Positions 1 to 15,000 of a DNA stretch of 64,000 bases are shown here, one piece after another. Numbering within the stretch: the stretch's first letter is position 1; each line of letters starts with the position of its first letter. A program made the translations under genes and the position numbers. Under the pieces are notes generated by a model that saw only the letters and a list, made by a program, of their open reading frames with translations, did no database searches and had not been told where the DNA came from. Origin of the DNA: Yuukianura sp. NJ FZ-2021. Taxonomy: Eukaryota. Location: positions 8,370,001-8,434,000 of the forward strand of contig CM102286.1 of NCBI GenBank assembly GCA_046563655.1, read 5' to 3'.

Positions 1-3000
1 TCAGTTTCTTGGCGGCATATTTGTTTCTATGCCTCCCTCCAGGTTTGAGTGCCGTATTCCCAAAGACCCAGTAGGACTTGTCCGGTGGTGGATTGGCACA
101 CATTTCTACGGAAAGTGACAAGGGCTGTCCAGTGTAGCCCATTATGGTACGATTCGTAGGGTAGACAACAGGGCGACCTGGAAATCATAAATTAACGCCG
201 ACAGTTTTATGTCAGAGGCATAATAGGATCAGGCTCACAACTCTACAAATGAACTCGGTTGGAAAGTTTATGACAAATGCTTCCCCCATCGTTTATTTTC
301 CCAAGTGCTAATGACTTTGTTGAGTAGAATTTTAATGCCCTTAAAATAGACGTTCCCTCTTCAAAGTCAAAAATAAGCTCCCCAGCAACCTCGTTCTGTC
401 ATTTCAAAAGGATGAATTCCTTTTCTATTTTCCCAGGAGACATGCATTTGGACTTGGAATAGGAGCCTGTTTTCGACATGTTAGGTTAGGTTCTGAAGAA
501 AAGTGTCCGGATGTAGCAAGTCAGTTCGTTAGACATGTAAAGTTTGACCTCGAAACGAACAACGTTTCGGTCAAGAACAAAGTTTGGTAGTAAAGGCGTA
601 GGGACACCTCGAGGCGTCGTGTACTGCTCTAATGAAAATTAACTACAACTACATAGGTCTATCTTGCTCCTTTGTAATAATCAACTTTCTTCGTAAAATT
701 ACTTTTACTTTCTGCGCTCTTGCGAGACCTATGGGAGCTTTAGGCCGTGTAGTGTTAGTAGCCCATTTCTGTTCCTCTATCTTTATGGCCTCTTAACACT
801 AACTTTCTCCCTCACTCACTGTGGAAGGCCTTCAAAATGATTTTTGACAAAGGAGCAAGAGAGGAGCTCCAACTCACTTCAAACTTCCCTCGTTCCCGCC
901 TTATCTTGTGCGTTTAGAAAGCGTTACAGGCCCGTTTCGTTGGGAGGTTATAAAGAAGAGCTCAATCTCAATCCTATTTGCTAAAAAGTCTTATTACGCT
1001 TCAAGTTGAAAGGTTCTAGCGACTTCCCTTTCTGTTCCTTAGTTGAACTTTGACACGCTAGGGAATGATGTGAATGTGTGAAAAGAAAAGTGAAAAGCGA
1101 CTTTCACTTCTCGACTCCTCGGGAGGCTACGACCTTAACTGAGGAACGTAAAATCCAGTTGACATGATTAAAGGGAAATCCATTAAATTTAATTGACATC
1201 CCCCTGGAAAGTGCCAAAAACCTCCTCGGAACGGAACTCCGAGGGCGGGCACTCCTATATTTGGCATGTTCCACTACAACTTAAATGGATCAGCTCAGTA
1301 GATGAAAGCTGAATGTCCATGATTTCAAACTTACTCTGTCACTTGTCTATAAAAACGAAAAGAAAAGGAGCAGTACGAGAACAAAGACTGGCGTGAACTG
1401 AGAAAAAGACACAAAAAAAGTTGGGCTTATGGGCTTATGATTCAAAAATTGGTCATTTGAGCATAAACTGTTTCTTTCTGATAATTTCTGGTTTTTGAAG
1501 TTTTCTGAAACCTCCTTGCATAAACGGCTTTTAAAAAAACTTTAAACCTAAACTAAATTTTTTGTGAATATAGGAATTTCCGGGTTTTGATCACGTTGGA
1601 GATGCATAATTCAGGAACCTGGCAGTGGTCTAACGAGATTCAGATTCAAGTTGTCAAAATAAGTTGTGGATTGAAATGGAAGTTGCGTAAGTGGAATGTG
1701 ACGTGGACTTAAGTGGATATCAGAAGAAGGTGGGTACAAAGGGGCATGTCACCTGTCACGACTACTTGGACATCACGGGTCTGAGCTCTTCGTTCCTCCA
1801 GTCCCAATCGATTCTGTGCAACGCAACGGTAGGATCCAGCCTCTTGATATAAAATATTCTCCAGAATCAATTCTTGACCTGAACCCACAGCGGTCAATGA
1901 ACCACCAAACCCGATCCGACTCCAACAAAGACCCGGGGACGGACGACCTGAAAATTGAAATTAAAATAACGAGTTCATTTTCTAAATAAAAACTGAACAA
2001 TTATATTATTATCCAGTCAGCATTATATTTTTTACGTTGACAGCCTTAGTTCATAGATAATGTAAAAAATGTGCTTTCCTCCGAACACCTTACAAAGATC
2101 AGAAGTTCGAATTATGGTTAAAAATTCGCGAAAACAATTCGTTTTTTCCTACCGTATGGCTAACTTTATTCTTGGCATAAAATGATAAGTGTAATGCATA
2201 AAATACGATCATAGGATTATTATTTCAAACCCACTACTACTTACCATCAGCCTCGCATTTGAGACCCACTTTCTCCCCCACCCCCGCCTCGACTCTGGCT
2301 GGAGGTTGATGAACGATTGTTGGTTCATCTGGAAAAGAAAGAATGAAAAATTGTTAGCGTCAATCACAAGAGGCGTTCGCCGCTTTCTAAATAGATTTCT
2401 CCAGGAAGTGACCAGCAGGGAACACACACAATGTACAGGATGGAGACTACTTCGTTTAACGTCCCCTACGCCGCGCATTTACAATGTTCCTTAAGAAAGG
2501 GTGGAGTCTGTAATTCGAAAAAAAGACAAGTTTAACGCCAGGCTAAGCAAATCAAAGCTTTAACTGGAAAGCCTTCCGTCACTTTCTTCGCTTTCGACTT
2601 ATCCAGCTTCCTGCTCCTATTCGCTGTGGTGTTTGTGTTCAACAAATCTTAGAAAAACTTTAGTGAGGATGGGGAAGCACCAGGACGTATCAAATGAAGA
2701 AAGTAAACAGAATTAGCATGGAGAAGTTGGAAGGATGCTCATTTATTCATTAAATCAACATCTGAGAAAGCAGCAGGGGTTGCATACAGTTAGGAAGTTG
2801 TGTTTCATTCCGCCTCAAATGCTTCCCGTTTACTTTGGAGGCGCGTCTTGCAACTAAAAGCGTCATCTTTTCCTGGACAAACAGCGGGAGTGAAGTTGCA
2901 ACGAGAGAGCTCGTCATTTGTTCAAATCCGAAAATCACGACACTCAAATAAGACAGACTTCATTTTTCATTTTGTGGAGTCCCTACTTAGAGGACATTGA

Positions 3001-6000
3001 GCTGAAAAACGTCAACGGGCTAACGCAACAGTACAGTAATTTAAAACTTTAGTTGGAAGCGCGAGGAGAGAGAAAAGTTTAAAACCAAAAGTTGCATATA
3101 TTTCGCCACAATAAAACTTAGAGACACAGTGTGTATAGCCAAAAAAAAATTCTGCCAAAATTCAATCGAACGAATTGTGTTGCGTTTGATGTTTTCTGTC
3201 TGAACAACTCACTGAGAAAGGAACTAACATTGCGCATCGTGCGATGTGTTTGCGAGTACAAGTTTGTTTTGCACTTCCTGCAGGAGAAAGTGGTGCGTGT
3301 TGGCAGTGAAAGTTTGAAACTTACATCGAACGTTGAGGTAGTAGCCGACAGACGAGTACTTCCCCAGCGGATGGTGGGAAACACTAAAACAAAAAGTAAA
3401 CTGTTAGATAGCTGCCCTACGTTTCACTACTTCGCATTCGACTCGATGTTAACCAAAATACAGTTTATTTTGTTTTAGAATTTAGAAACCAGGTACTGAC
3501 AACAATATATTCGCAAAGTGACGCGTTTGAAATACATAAATTTGTGTGTCTCGTGCTCTACGTGTAAATTTTGAATAGAATGCTGAATTTTGAAACAAGA
3601 TAGCATGAAGGTTTAATGAAAACCAAGCGATTTGATTCACATTGAGCAAGAATAATGAAACTTCGGAGTAAAGTAGGGTTGTTCAACATCTTGAGCTCTT
3701 ACCATTTGTACCATCCGGTCTGATTCCGCTCGACGTTCGTAAAATTGAGAAACCCATCTTCCGACGCAGCCACCGGCGGAGGATCCCCTCCATCTGCAAA
3801 CAACCAATAATTCCAACACTTCCAATCATAAACTTTACTCAGCGACAGCAGGAACGGTGGATCAAGCAGTCCAGCACGGAAACACTGGTATCCCACCATG
3901 TTCCACCAGCAACCGAACACACATTGCTCCCTACGTACCACCAGTGACCATGACCATCATTCACCATCATCACACGCAGTTCCTTCCATTTCCAGTATTC
4001 AAGATGCTGCAAGAATCGTGAGTCTCTCACAACATTCCTAGGACAGGGATGTACAACAACATGTGAAACAGCTCCTTTTTTGATCAAGTCTTCCAGAAAG
4101 CAAATTCTCCGTTTGATTTTTCACCAAACCAACACTATAGTTTGTCTATTTTTAGAAGGCGGTTTTCAAATTGGAAAAAATTTCAGTCGCCTTATGGACC
4201 GTTAACATAGAAATTATCAATTTTGTGAAATTTTGTATACAAACCTAATGGAGAAAGTGTTTTTCAAAAACTGAGTTTTGCCATAAGCGTCGCAATGGAA
4301 GCGAAAAAATCAACGAAACAAACCCGCCTTCTTAAAATAGACAAACTATAATTCCAAATCCTCCAGCCAACACCGAATCCATCGCTATTTTTTTTAAATG
4401 ATAAACTATAAGCCATTGTTAATTTCTTGTCTTGTGGAAAGGAGTTGACGTAGAATAAAAATAATTATAAGCTAGCGTCTATAAAATTTTTAAAACTTCG
4501 AATTGGGTTGTATAATTTTGAAATTGAGTGGCAGCTAAAAGTTTGGCAGGAGAAAGTTTATGGAATGGAATAAATGATATGGCCCTGCAGTGTGAAACGA
4601 TGCTTCCAACAGTTTCCAGAAGGGGGATGTTCTTCTTTTGGAAGATTTCTTTTGGCAGAAAGCAGAAATCCAGAAGAAAATGAAGAAAGCAGGAAGTAAG
4701 GGAATCCGGATCCAAAAGTTCGGAATCTTGGAAGCAATTCCCTGACTTTTCATTTCCCCTTATTCTCCAGCCTTAACTACAATGTCAATAATCAAAGGAT
4801 AGGGCCATAGGCACTATTGTTAAGTTAGGTTAGGCCTCTATGGTTTTCCCGAATCCACTTCCCTCCCTTTCTCGCTTCCCTATTATTGAATTACGGCAAG
4901 ACAATGAGGAGGAACTGGATGCATACTAATGACGCTCACACCGAATTTTCGAAAAAGAAAAAAGTTTGTAGAAAGTGCGGAAGGGGGGAAGCAGAGATGC
5001 AGTGTACTGCAGTTTGAATTTATTCCGATTGGAGAAGACGTTTGGATTCCACTGGACCAGAACAAATCAACTACAAAGGCACCAAATTCCATATCCATCC
5101 TTCACTCATGGATTCACAAAATGTACAGAGTGATTCATCAGCGCGTCAGGAAACGGAAAGTGAACTTGAAACTAACAATGCAGTGAATCAGTAAAACCCA
5201 GAAACAATTCAGTTCTAACTTCCAATCGTCAAAATTTAAAATGCAAAACAATTCGATGAAACAGCTTATGTTCGGGTAACTTTTGGAACACGTTGTACTT
5301 TCTATACTCTGAGTCTACCTTAAAGTTACTTCCACTTTTCAGTTGTGGGGGACAACTTGGAAAACGATAAGTTTGGAAGTGGCTCCGCAGAAAGTTAAGG
5401 CTAGGAAAACTTAGGTTAGGAAAAGTTAGTTTAGGGGAGAAAGTTCTTATTTGCATAGATATGTCTAATTCTTCCCCTTTCCTCTCCAACTTAACTGACA
5501 GCGCAATTAATTCCAGCAAAACATTGGTATAAACTTAAACCAAACTCTAAATTAATGGGTCGCACTTACCTAAAATGATGAAACTAACTTAATTGGATTC
5601 CAATATCTGCATGATGAGTGGAAAATTTTGAAATTGGTGCAATTATTTTTCAAACCTCGAAATCATGTAATTTAGTCCTTGGTTTCAAAACACTTACGTT
5701 AGCAGGTGGAAGTGGACTATGCCTTATGCTTTCACCCAATAAAGTGTTGTTTAGCCATTGAGCAACGGAGGGTGTTGGCAGGTAGAAATTTTAGTTCATT
5801 ATTAAAATCCTTTGAAGTTATAAGTGGTGAAAGTTAGGTTATGTTGGGTTATTAAAGCCTATTTCACGTGCTTCCCTGCAGCAGTGGAACTGTTGTGTCG
5901 TCGTGTGTGCTTGTTCAGCAGCACGGACCACTTCCTCGGCTTCGTCCAAGTAAACCGTTTCTCATTCAATTTAAAGTGTTTTACTCCACAGAATACCCAT

Positions 6001-9000
6001 ATATTTCAAGAAGAAGCCATTCATGTCGCCTAGTTGCCCATTCCAGCTCCTAGAAAGCACGGAGTCTACAGTTTAAGACTTATTCCAACATTCTAAATTT
6101 CAAAGAATAAGATGTTTTCCAAGAACTCTACTTTTAGCACCCCAATGCTCACTCCTATCTAAATCCTAACCTGTTTTTACAAAAAATAGGTCGTTTAAAA
6201 AAGAAGAGGACGTTTTGAACTTTTGTGGAGCATGAGTGAAGCATGGTAGGAAAATGAAATTTTTAGTAGGATGGAATTGAATTTTAAGTCTCAAAAAATT
6301 CAGATGATCAAAGTACCAATTTTGAAGAAGTTGGAAGAGAATGATGCTCTTTTTCTGTGAAAGGCTTAAAGAAGACAAAATAAATACAGTTTGAAATTGA
6401 TTTTGAAAAAAAGGAAAAAAGAAAATTGGCAATTTTGGAAAAGTGGGATTAAATTCGAGTTGGCTTTGACCTGAAAAGTACATTGCTAGCCCCTAAGGTC
6501 ATTGTTATTTGGAAAAAAAGAGGGTTATTTACTTACATTGAGCTCAACTTTGAATCTCATTGATGAAAATGTCGTGATTCGCATGAGGATTTTACAAAGG
6601 AAAGCCTATTATCATGCCCTGAATGGAATTGAACATGCTGGAAGTAATAATAGTCTCCGCACATCCTTTTGTTAACTTAACTTTTTTTTTCTTTTTGTTT
6701 TCCATTTCAATTTTTCTTTTCTTTTTCATACTTTCTCCTACCCTAAAAATCGAACCAATCAAATCTTAAGTTGCTCCAGCTTCTAACCATTTTCTGCAAC
6801 TTTACTCTTTTTTTTTCCTCCAAATTGTATTTTGTCCCTCTATTTGCTCTTTTCCTCTTTTGGATTCCTTGAGCCCATTTTTCCAATAGATCACAATTGT
6901 ATTTGTTGGAGAATTCCCAAACAACGTCGTCGTTCTTTTTGTAAGCTAAACAAGCTTTAGCCGCCAGTAGTCCACCCATAATGGAAACTTATCGACAGAC
7001 CATTCTTAGGTTAGGCTAGGTTCTTATGTCCTTTTGAGATGAATTTCTTCCAATTTGAAAGCATTCATTCTAAAACCCTTCACTTTCTATCATCTCCAAC
7101 TTTCCAATGAATGGAACCCGCGGCTATACTAGTAGGGAGGGAGAAAGCACAATGAAATATTCTACGTTTTGCCCCCTTCCCTTCTTGCTCTCACACGAAA
7201 ATTCCAAATTAGATTTTCCTTCTTCAAAAGCCAAGTCGGAATTGAGTTTTCTTCTTCTTTCTCTTTTGTCTGGGATGTTTTCATTGGAAAGGAAGGAGAA
7301 AAAACGCTTCCTTTGGACGAACGAGATTAGAATACTAGAACTTACTCACGTTGATGTGAACGAGACAGCTAGCGGCACTTGGACCAACTGGACGGAAAGG
7401 ATAACACTTCTATAACAGTTTACTTTTCTGGAAATTCTTGCCATTTATTATAGAAACAGTGGAGACTGGTCCAGTTGACCAATTTGTTAGAGTAGAAGAA
7501 CCAACTTTAAACTTTTGGACAGGGCCTTGACAGCTGAAAATGCCTTTTCGGCCGGTGACAGTGGAACACTTTTAGAAAGTTTTCGAAACTGCAAAAAATT
7601 CTTACCTTTGACCCATGCGGGAGCACTCCAAGGATTAGCATCAATGTCACACTTTAGAGCCATCGCAATTCCTTCACGGATTGGATATCCAAACCCTGGA
7701 ATTCTGCTGATAACAAAAGACGGTGGATCTGTAAAGAGGAAAAGATTGGTGAAAAACACATTTCTAGGAAAAAGTTCAAATCTTGGCTAGACGCGCAAAA
7801 AGCAGCGGGCGGTAGTCTTTTTGGACGGGTCTTAAACACCATTTGTCAAAATTCCAGCAAGCATTTGGTTGAATTAATGTTGGCTGAAGCGACGGAGGAC
7901 CAAAAAATTGACCTATTTATTTGCAAAATTAATCTGCAAAGACTGCGAATCTCCAAGTACCAAACAATATAGGATCAAGATGGGAAATAAAACCCTGCAG
8001 AAGCTTTGTCACCATTCAAACGTTGGCGGGAGAAGAAGGCAGTTGCGAGAAATATTGGCGACTGGGGTGAATGAAAGCGCCTTTAGTTTCTTTCTCGTTG
8101 TAAAAGTAAAAGACGAAGCAAAATGTCGGCCCAGTTGTCTCCCAAAGTCCCTGACATTTTTATTTCGCTATGGATCATTGAGCACATATTTACTGTACTA
8201 AATCCAAGAGGGACGCTGGCACACCCAGGACAACAAATGGAACAAAGCGCCTTCTACTGTGTGCCCTTAGCCTCTTCTTCCGCCTCCTGCCAGAGACAAT
8301 TCCTGTTCCTGCTCCACTTTCATTTCCTTGTCAGATGCTCTCCTGATTGCCTCCCTATTTTATTACATTACATAATGTTTACTCGCCGAGAAAAGGCGGC
8401 GGAAGAACAGTTTTCCGGGCACCACTGAAGTTAGCGGGGCGCAAACGAACAGAAATGAGCGGAAAAAGAACAAAAAGTCCCATTTTTTAGTCAAAGCGCG
8501 GTGCTCAAAAGATCTTTCCTTTCTCGCCTCTGCCTAAAACATTAACCAGATGCATGATGCTTCAAGCAGTTTCTCCAATTGGAACCAATTAAAGTTTACA
8601 TTCATAAATTCAAAAAAAGTTTCGACAACGTAATTTCAGCCCGATTCAGAGTCAATTTCCGAGAGCAACTAATAATCTAAAAGGTTTGCATAGCTGCGGT
8701 AGCAAGTTTGAATATCAAAAATACTTTGGTGAAGTAACCAAGAGTATTTTGACATAGAAATACGGCAAAAACTCAATTTCAAGAATTCGTTTTAGGGTTT
8801 CACTTTACACAGAAAGCGATGGAAAATGACAACCTCTGAAACTAACTTTCCTCTGAAGTTATGCAACATCGAGAAGGAAACCAAAAATTCAATAATTGGG
8901 AAACCAAGTTTTTCTTTTCAAAATAGTTGCAATTGCAAAGTTTCAAAAACAGGTTCGTTGTTCCTTCATGTTGGATGAGAAACTAATTGGAACCTTTCAG

Positions 9001-12000
9001 TTATAAGACCATTTAATTTCAAAGTTGATCTTTTGTGTTAATAATTAGTCAAGCGTGTTCGGCGTCTCTGCTTGTAATAAAGATGCCTCTGGAGCGAGAC
9101 GAAGAAAAAAACATTTCCTAAGAAAGCGAGTCCACAAGGACTTGTAGCAGATTAGTTTCAATGCTTTTACGCTTTTCAAAAGAATTAATGAAATTGGAAA
9201 TGACAGGGATTTTGTATTTTGTGAGCAAGAGGGGATACGGAAGAGCGGGAAATCTTGAAATTGAACCGAATTCTATTCCGGGTAGAAAAAGCACTTGTCA
9301 CTGGCTCCTGGGATTTCAACTTGTGGAAGAGGCGGTTTTGGCTGGTGCGGGTATTAAGATGGAGAAAGTGGAAGTGAAAGTGAATTTGATTAGAGCATGG
9401 AAGTCACAATAGGACAACAACAACACGTCTCAATCCGATTCTCAAATGCCCGGATTCTTCTTAGCTCTGTGGCATAAGAGACACAAGTTTTCATCCCAAC
9501 GAAAGAGATCCCAGTAGGAGGTTTACTTTTTATAACTGGCGTTCGGATTTAAAAGCAGGAGACAAAATAAGTGCTCGTAAGGGGAAAGGATGAGAACCTT
9601 ACCAACTTGACTTTTTCTCAAAAAAGAAAAAGAAAGTCACTCGGTCGTTGTTACTTTTTTTTTAAAGAAAATACAGAACAGGGTTTCATGTTTTGAAATT
9701 GACTTCACGTACTCACTTCCAACAAAACTCGTATCATCCCTTCCTTTTTCAGCGTTGGATATTGCACCTCCACTGAATATTTAACGCCTTTTTTCCAGAA
9801 GACGTCCGTGCATTTCATCTTGCTTCTTAAGAAAAAACCTTTTAGGTTTTCCATCTAGTTACGGAAATTCTCTTTTATCCTTTCGGTTAGTCAACATATA
9901 CGCGTTGAAAAAAAAAGGAAACTTCAATTCAAAAAGTCTTTTTAGGATTTTTGGCAAAAAAAATTCAACTTTCTCCGTATGATCTCCAAAGGGACAGACT
10001 TGGAAAGTCCAAATTAGTTTTTCTAGTGGAATTGCCTAAGCCTTTTGCCAACTTTTTGAAATGAATGGACAAGAAGAGGGACGGGAATCTATCCGAAAGA
10101 GACCGCAGCTCCATTTTATTAGCCCACTCCAGGCAGCCTCCAGGAGCTACTAACGTCTTAGTCCGAGAAAGCCTTTCAGCGATTGTAAGCGGGATTTATT
10201 TGTAGGAGTTCTTCGATCTATCAAAGGAGGCAGGAAGGAGAGAGATATGAAAAGTTTTCACCAAGATTTCACCTCAAAGAAGGCAGAAGTGAAAGTCTCC
10301 TGCGAGACTTTCTTTGAGGCCAAGAGGACTTTCACCTACCATGAATTATGCATGGGACGTAGTCTATCCTGTTTTTCTCGGCATTAAACCCAGACTTCCC
10401 GCCACAGTCACCACCATTTCATCCCTCGCCCTCACAACGCTGCCCTGTCCTGTCTCTTCTTCCCGCTTCAAGGATCAGAATCTACGCAGTTACCGCTGCA
10501 AAGGAGCCTACTGCAATAAGGTCAACAAAACTTCAACGAAAGTAAACCCAGCACCAAATAAAATAAAATATACGACAGAATTGATGTAGCACCACAAATA
10601 TAATTTGGTAAAGGAAAGCTTTGGCCGTTACCTATATAAAACCAGTTTATTTGAGTCATCTACTTCTTTCTGAAACTTCTAATATACGGGAACGAATGAT
10701 ATGAACAAATCACAGATTTAATTAGTGAGCTATAAGCTTGTATTTTAATAAATGCTTTTTCAGAATTAAATTATATACAAATTAAGAAGACAAAAAATTA
10801 TATTTAAAGGAAAAAATTACAACTTTCTCAAACTCAATAGAATACGCAGCGGTATTTTGTAACTTCTGAGTTTTTAATTTAATTTTGATTAATTTTATTA
10901 ATCACTCCAGTGAAGTTTGTTGAGCTTTTTTGTGTAGCCATTTTACCACTTCGCCGTGGCTGCTTTTGTTTGTTGACAATTTTTCAACTTCGAGTTTTGT
11001 TTTGAAAAAAGCAAAGATAAAAATCAACATGAATACATTCACTTGCCATCCGCCATTTCCCATCCCCCAAACGTGCGGCATCCCCTAAATGTGACATTTT
11101 TCACAAACATTTGCTCATTGGTAGTGACAAATAGTACAAGTCAGAGAGGAAATCCAGGCTTTTCCTTCACTTGGCATGCTAACTACGACCAATACTTCAT
11201 GTTGTAGAGCTTCCTAGTTCTAAGGCTTTAGGATTTAAGGACTCCCAGTCGAGCCCCAACAGGCGCGACATGTTCAGGATTTTCTAACTTCATTTTCAGA
11301 ATTCCTTATTTTCTCCCATATCCCACACCATTAATTTCCTATTCATGATTTCACAACTTAAGACACTTCCCATTCAGCACTGCCCTAAACCAGCTGCCCT
11401 GTGATTTGTGCCCACTTTTCACTCGGTTTAAAGCTGCCTTTCCGCAGTAATAAGGCGGAGGTTTATTATTTAAAAATGTGCGCGGGGACTTTGGAACAGG
11501 TTAGCCTTGTTCCATGATTCATGCCAAAATGTACCCAGAGTTTGTCATTACTCAAGCTGACACTTCCAGAAAGAAAGTACAGAGATAATGGGAAAAGCAT
11601 TGACTTTGGGTGTTTATGATTCTACACTTACTCGGTTCTTACTCCATACAGTAAATGAATAATTTATGCCACTGGCCCCATGCGGCCCTAATTGCGAAAT
11701 AAGTTTGCCAATTCTGCAAATGAAGGGATGAGTTAGGTACATAAAATATTGCACAAAATTTCTCTTTTGTGTTCCTACTAATTCCACTGGAAAATTTTAA
11801 AGAAAAGAAGTTAGTCCATGGAAGTGCAAAATAAATTAAAAGAGTTTCTCCAACTTTAATCAAGAAAAATCCCAGTCTTTCCACTTAAAAAAATGATTTA
11901 AGTCTCCCGGTTTTCACTTCAATATGTAGCCATGCAGTACAGTGGAGGAAGAAAAACAGTTGAATATAAACCTTGTCACGATTTTCATTTTCAAATCAAC

Positions 12001-15000
12001 TTTTACAGAAAACTAATTTGAAAACAAGAAAAAAGTTGGTGCATAAATCACAGTTTCTAAAGTTCAAGTGAGTGTAAAGATCATAGCAAATTATAACGAA
12101 TGCGGTATTTTTACTTTTTGAAGCTGTTGAAATTTTTTGGTACTTGGTAATTCATGGTCTAACAAAAGTTGAGATGATTACATCAAAAGATTGAAATTCA
12201 GCGGCGTGAACGTACGTAACACGACAATTCTGAACGGCAAATATTGTACTGGGATAGCCATACTGCGGTTATCTAAAGAATATTTAGGTTAGGCTTTGCT
12301 GTTATATTTAAGCCAGGATTTAGAATTTGTCGGTTGACAAGCGCGCGTCCAGAAAATACCGGGAATTGGAATAGCAAAGGTTGCCAATGCACAATTTGGG
12401 AAGCTAAGCTCTTGCGTCTGAAGTCTGAACAGACAAAATGAGAGTTTTACTTACATTCAATATTAAAGTAAGCCGCAGCTCGTAAATAAGTGGCCGAGGA
12501 AACGGCGGAAGGTTCTTGATTGGTTTCTGGGCTGCCGCTGCCAACTCCCAGCAGTTCGTGATCCACAATGCAAACAACACTTTTATTGTGGTCTGTTCTT
12601 GAGACATTGGGGAGTAGTAGGGTGCTGCGAGTTAGGTAGACTTTGTCATCTTCCAAGTACTCCGTAGATAGGGAACTTCGATTCGTAACATTTTCTGAAC
12701 TGAGGAACCATGTTATCTTGGGCGGTGGATTTCCACCCTCCACGACACATTGGATCGAGATGTTATCTTTTTCTCTGTAGGTGACTCGAGTGGATGGGGT
12801 TGAGGACGGCGACAACCGACGACCATCAAATTCTAAATGGACTGCTCGGGGTGGTGCTGGAAGGAAAAAATAAGTTGCAATTATAGATCAAAGGCGGGAG
12901 GGAAATTCAAATTCAAAATAGAACCAAATCCTCTAAATCGTTTCCGTCCTTGTCGCTTTTCCCCTCCACTTTCTCCTACTCAGAGATGTAAATGATGCTC
13001 ATCTCCTTTTGAAAGGCAGATTGAAAGTCATGGTTGCAACAATCAGCTCGTGCGGTGGGGTGCATGTTGTTTACTTTTGGGGTTTAAGAAGAAATTTTAG
13101 GGTTGAGTAAACGCAGCACTTCAAATGTTGAAGGCTTCAACTTGAAGCTTCTTTTCACGCTATTCTTGCACCGTTATCGATACGACATTGCATTCTTAAT
13201 GCTAAGGAAATATTTATGATGAAAACAGGAAAGTCGGTAGGTGCGATAGGGTCAACAAACACTTGTCGGTTTAGCAAACGCTTTGAATCATTACTTAAAT
13301 TGAACTGTCGGGTTTCTTAGCTTATGAATTCAGAAACACCAGACTTAACCTGATACACAGGGACGGTCGCTATTCTGATATTTTTAGTTTTATATAAGTT
13401 TCGGTTCATAAGTTGCCGTGTAGTGGAGTCCTGCAATTGACGCAAACCCCCCTCCTACTTCTCTATTCAAATCTTCAAAGCTTCAATAAAGAAAGCGCAA
13501 GTGAAAGTGTTGGTTTAAAAGACGCGGAAACGAGAGAAAGCGGAGAAAGTCCAATATTTGTATTGTCACTCACCCATGACAACCACCCAAATGGGTTTCG
13601 AGATGTGTTCCTTCCCGTCAAACTTAACTTCATGACACTGCCAAATCCCATTGTCTTCTGGCAAAACGTTGTTTATTGTGAGGCGACCCTCAATGGCTCG
13701 ATTCAACGTCGGCCCCTGAATAGCATACCGCCCATTGTCCGTCCTTATCGGCTTACTGTTAAGCAACCAAGTGATTCGGCCATACGTATTGTTCAGGTCG
13801 CATTTGAGTTTCAGCTCTTGTCCAGGTTTAACTTTCATTTGGGGAACTAGTGTAGGTTCGTCCTGGAGTTCCTTGTCTGTCACCTTGTCACTCTGACCTC
13901 CTCTGAGTTGTGACCCTGAAGGGGTCATTGAGGCTGAAGGGCTCCCATCTACCATTGATGAGTCACTTGGCTCTTCGCCTTCGTCACTTTCACTGTTTCC
14001 TGAAGACAGCGGTGACAAGAAGGGGGTTGACGGATGGTTTCGGTGGTGGCGCAAGGAATGAGAGCACAGCACGATGTGACCTGGAACGGAAACAAACGGA
14101 AACGGACCAATTACCATCACGACAACTTTCACGGGTTGTTTCCTTAAAACATTAGGTTAGGTTAACCTTTCTTACAGAAACGCATTCAAATGACTTCCAA
14201 CTTTCACTGACCATTTCCGCACGCATTTACATCATTTTAGTTTAAAAGTTGCATGTCTCCTAAAAAATTTCCCTCACTTTCTGATGAACGCAGCTCATAA
14301 TAAAACGTTACGGGACATGTAGATTTTGCAAACAGAGGAGTGTTTAATGAAGAACGAGGAACATTTTAATTAAAGCTTTCCTCATTCCTACTCCTGGCAA
14401 CAACTCCAAGGACAACAATAGTCACAAAAACTTCCTCCAGAATTAATTAAAAGTGTAATTTGTTAATAAGAGCACAGGAGAAAACGTGAGGACGTATCCA
14501 GGAAGGTTGTCTCCTAGGGTGGTAACCATGCTTCAGGCTTCACTACACCAGAAAAGACTAAAGTGAAAGTATAAAATGAAGTTTAAATTGCGCCAATGCC
14601 TATTTGGCTTTCCTCCTTTTGCCTTCTGTATACCACGCCTTCTGGCAGCGGGAAAATTCGAATTTTTAAAATTGGATCCGACATGGAATAGACGGAATAA
14701 AACTTTGTTCCATCACCTGATTATAACTCCCTTCCAACCCTTCATCTCTCTCGTAATAACTTTCCGGTTTCTCATCAGTATTAAAAGTGATTATTTTTAG
14801 GCATTGAGGCTCGAAGGGGCTTTAGAACTAACTTGGGTAGGCCGCAGGAGGCCTTTGGTTAGGTTGTGGAAGTGAAAGCTAGTGGTAGCACAGCAGCCCG
14901 TTCGTTAGAACTTTCCCCTCCTAGAGCTTTCCCGCCAAAAAAAAAGATGAAAAGTCATCAGAGTAGAAATAATCTAATCGGACTCTTGGTTTTTTTCTGA

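Noticed and set aside
13566..14132. 188-aa ORF as a standalone gene, and the alternative acceptor at 14000
   Set aside because: It is exon 2 of the Ig gene. The 14000 acceptor would create T+GA (stop) with exon 1, whereas the 14081 acceptor completes the signal peptide.
481..14165. Scattered TTAGG dimers/trimers (arthropod telomere motif)
   Set aside because: Only 2-3 units each and dispersed; not an interstitial telomere array.
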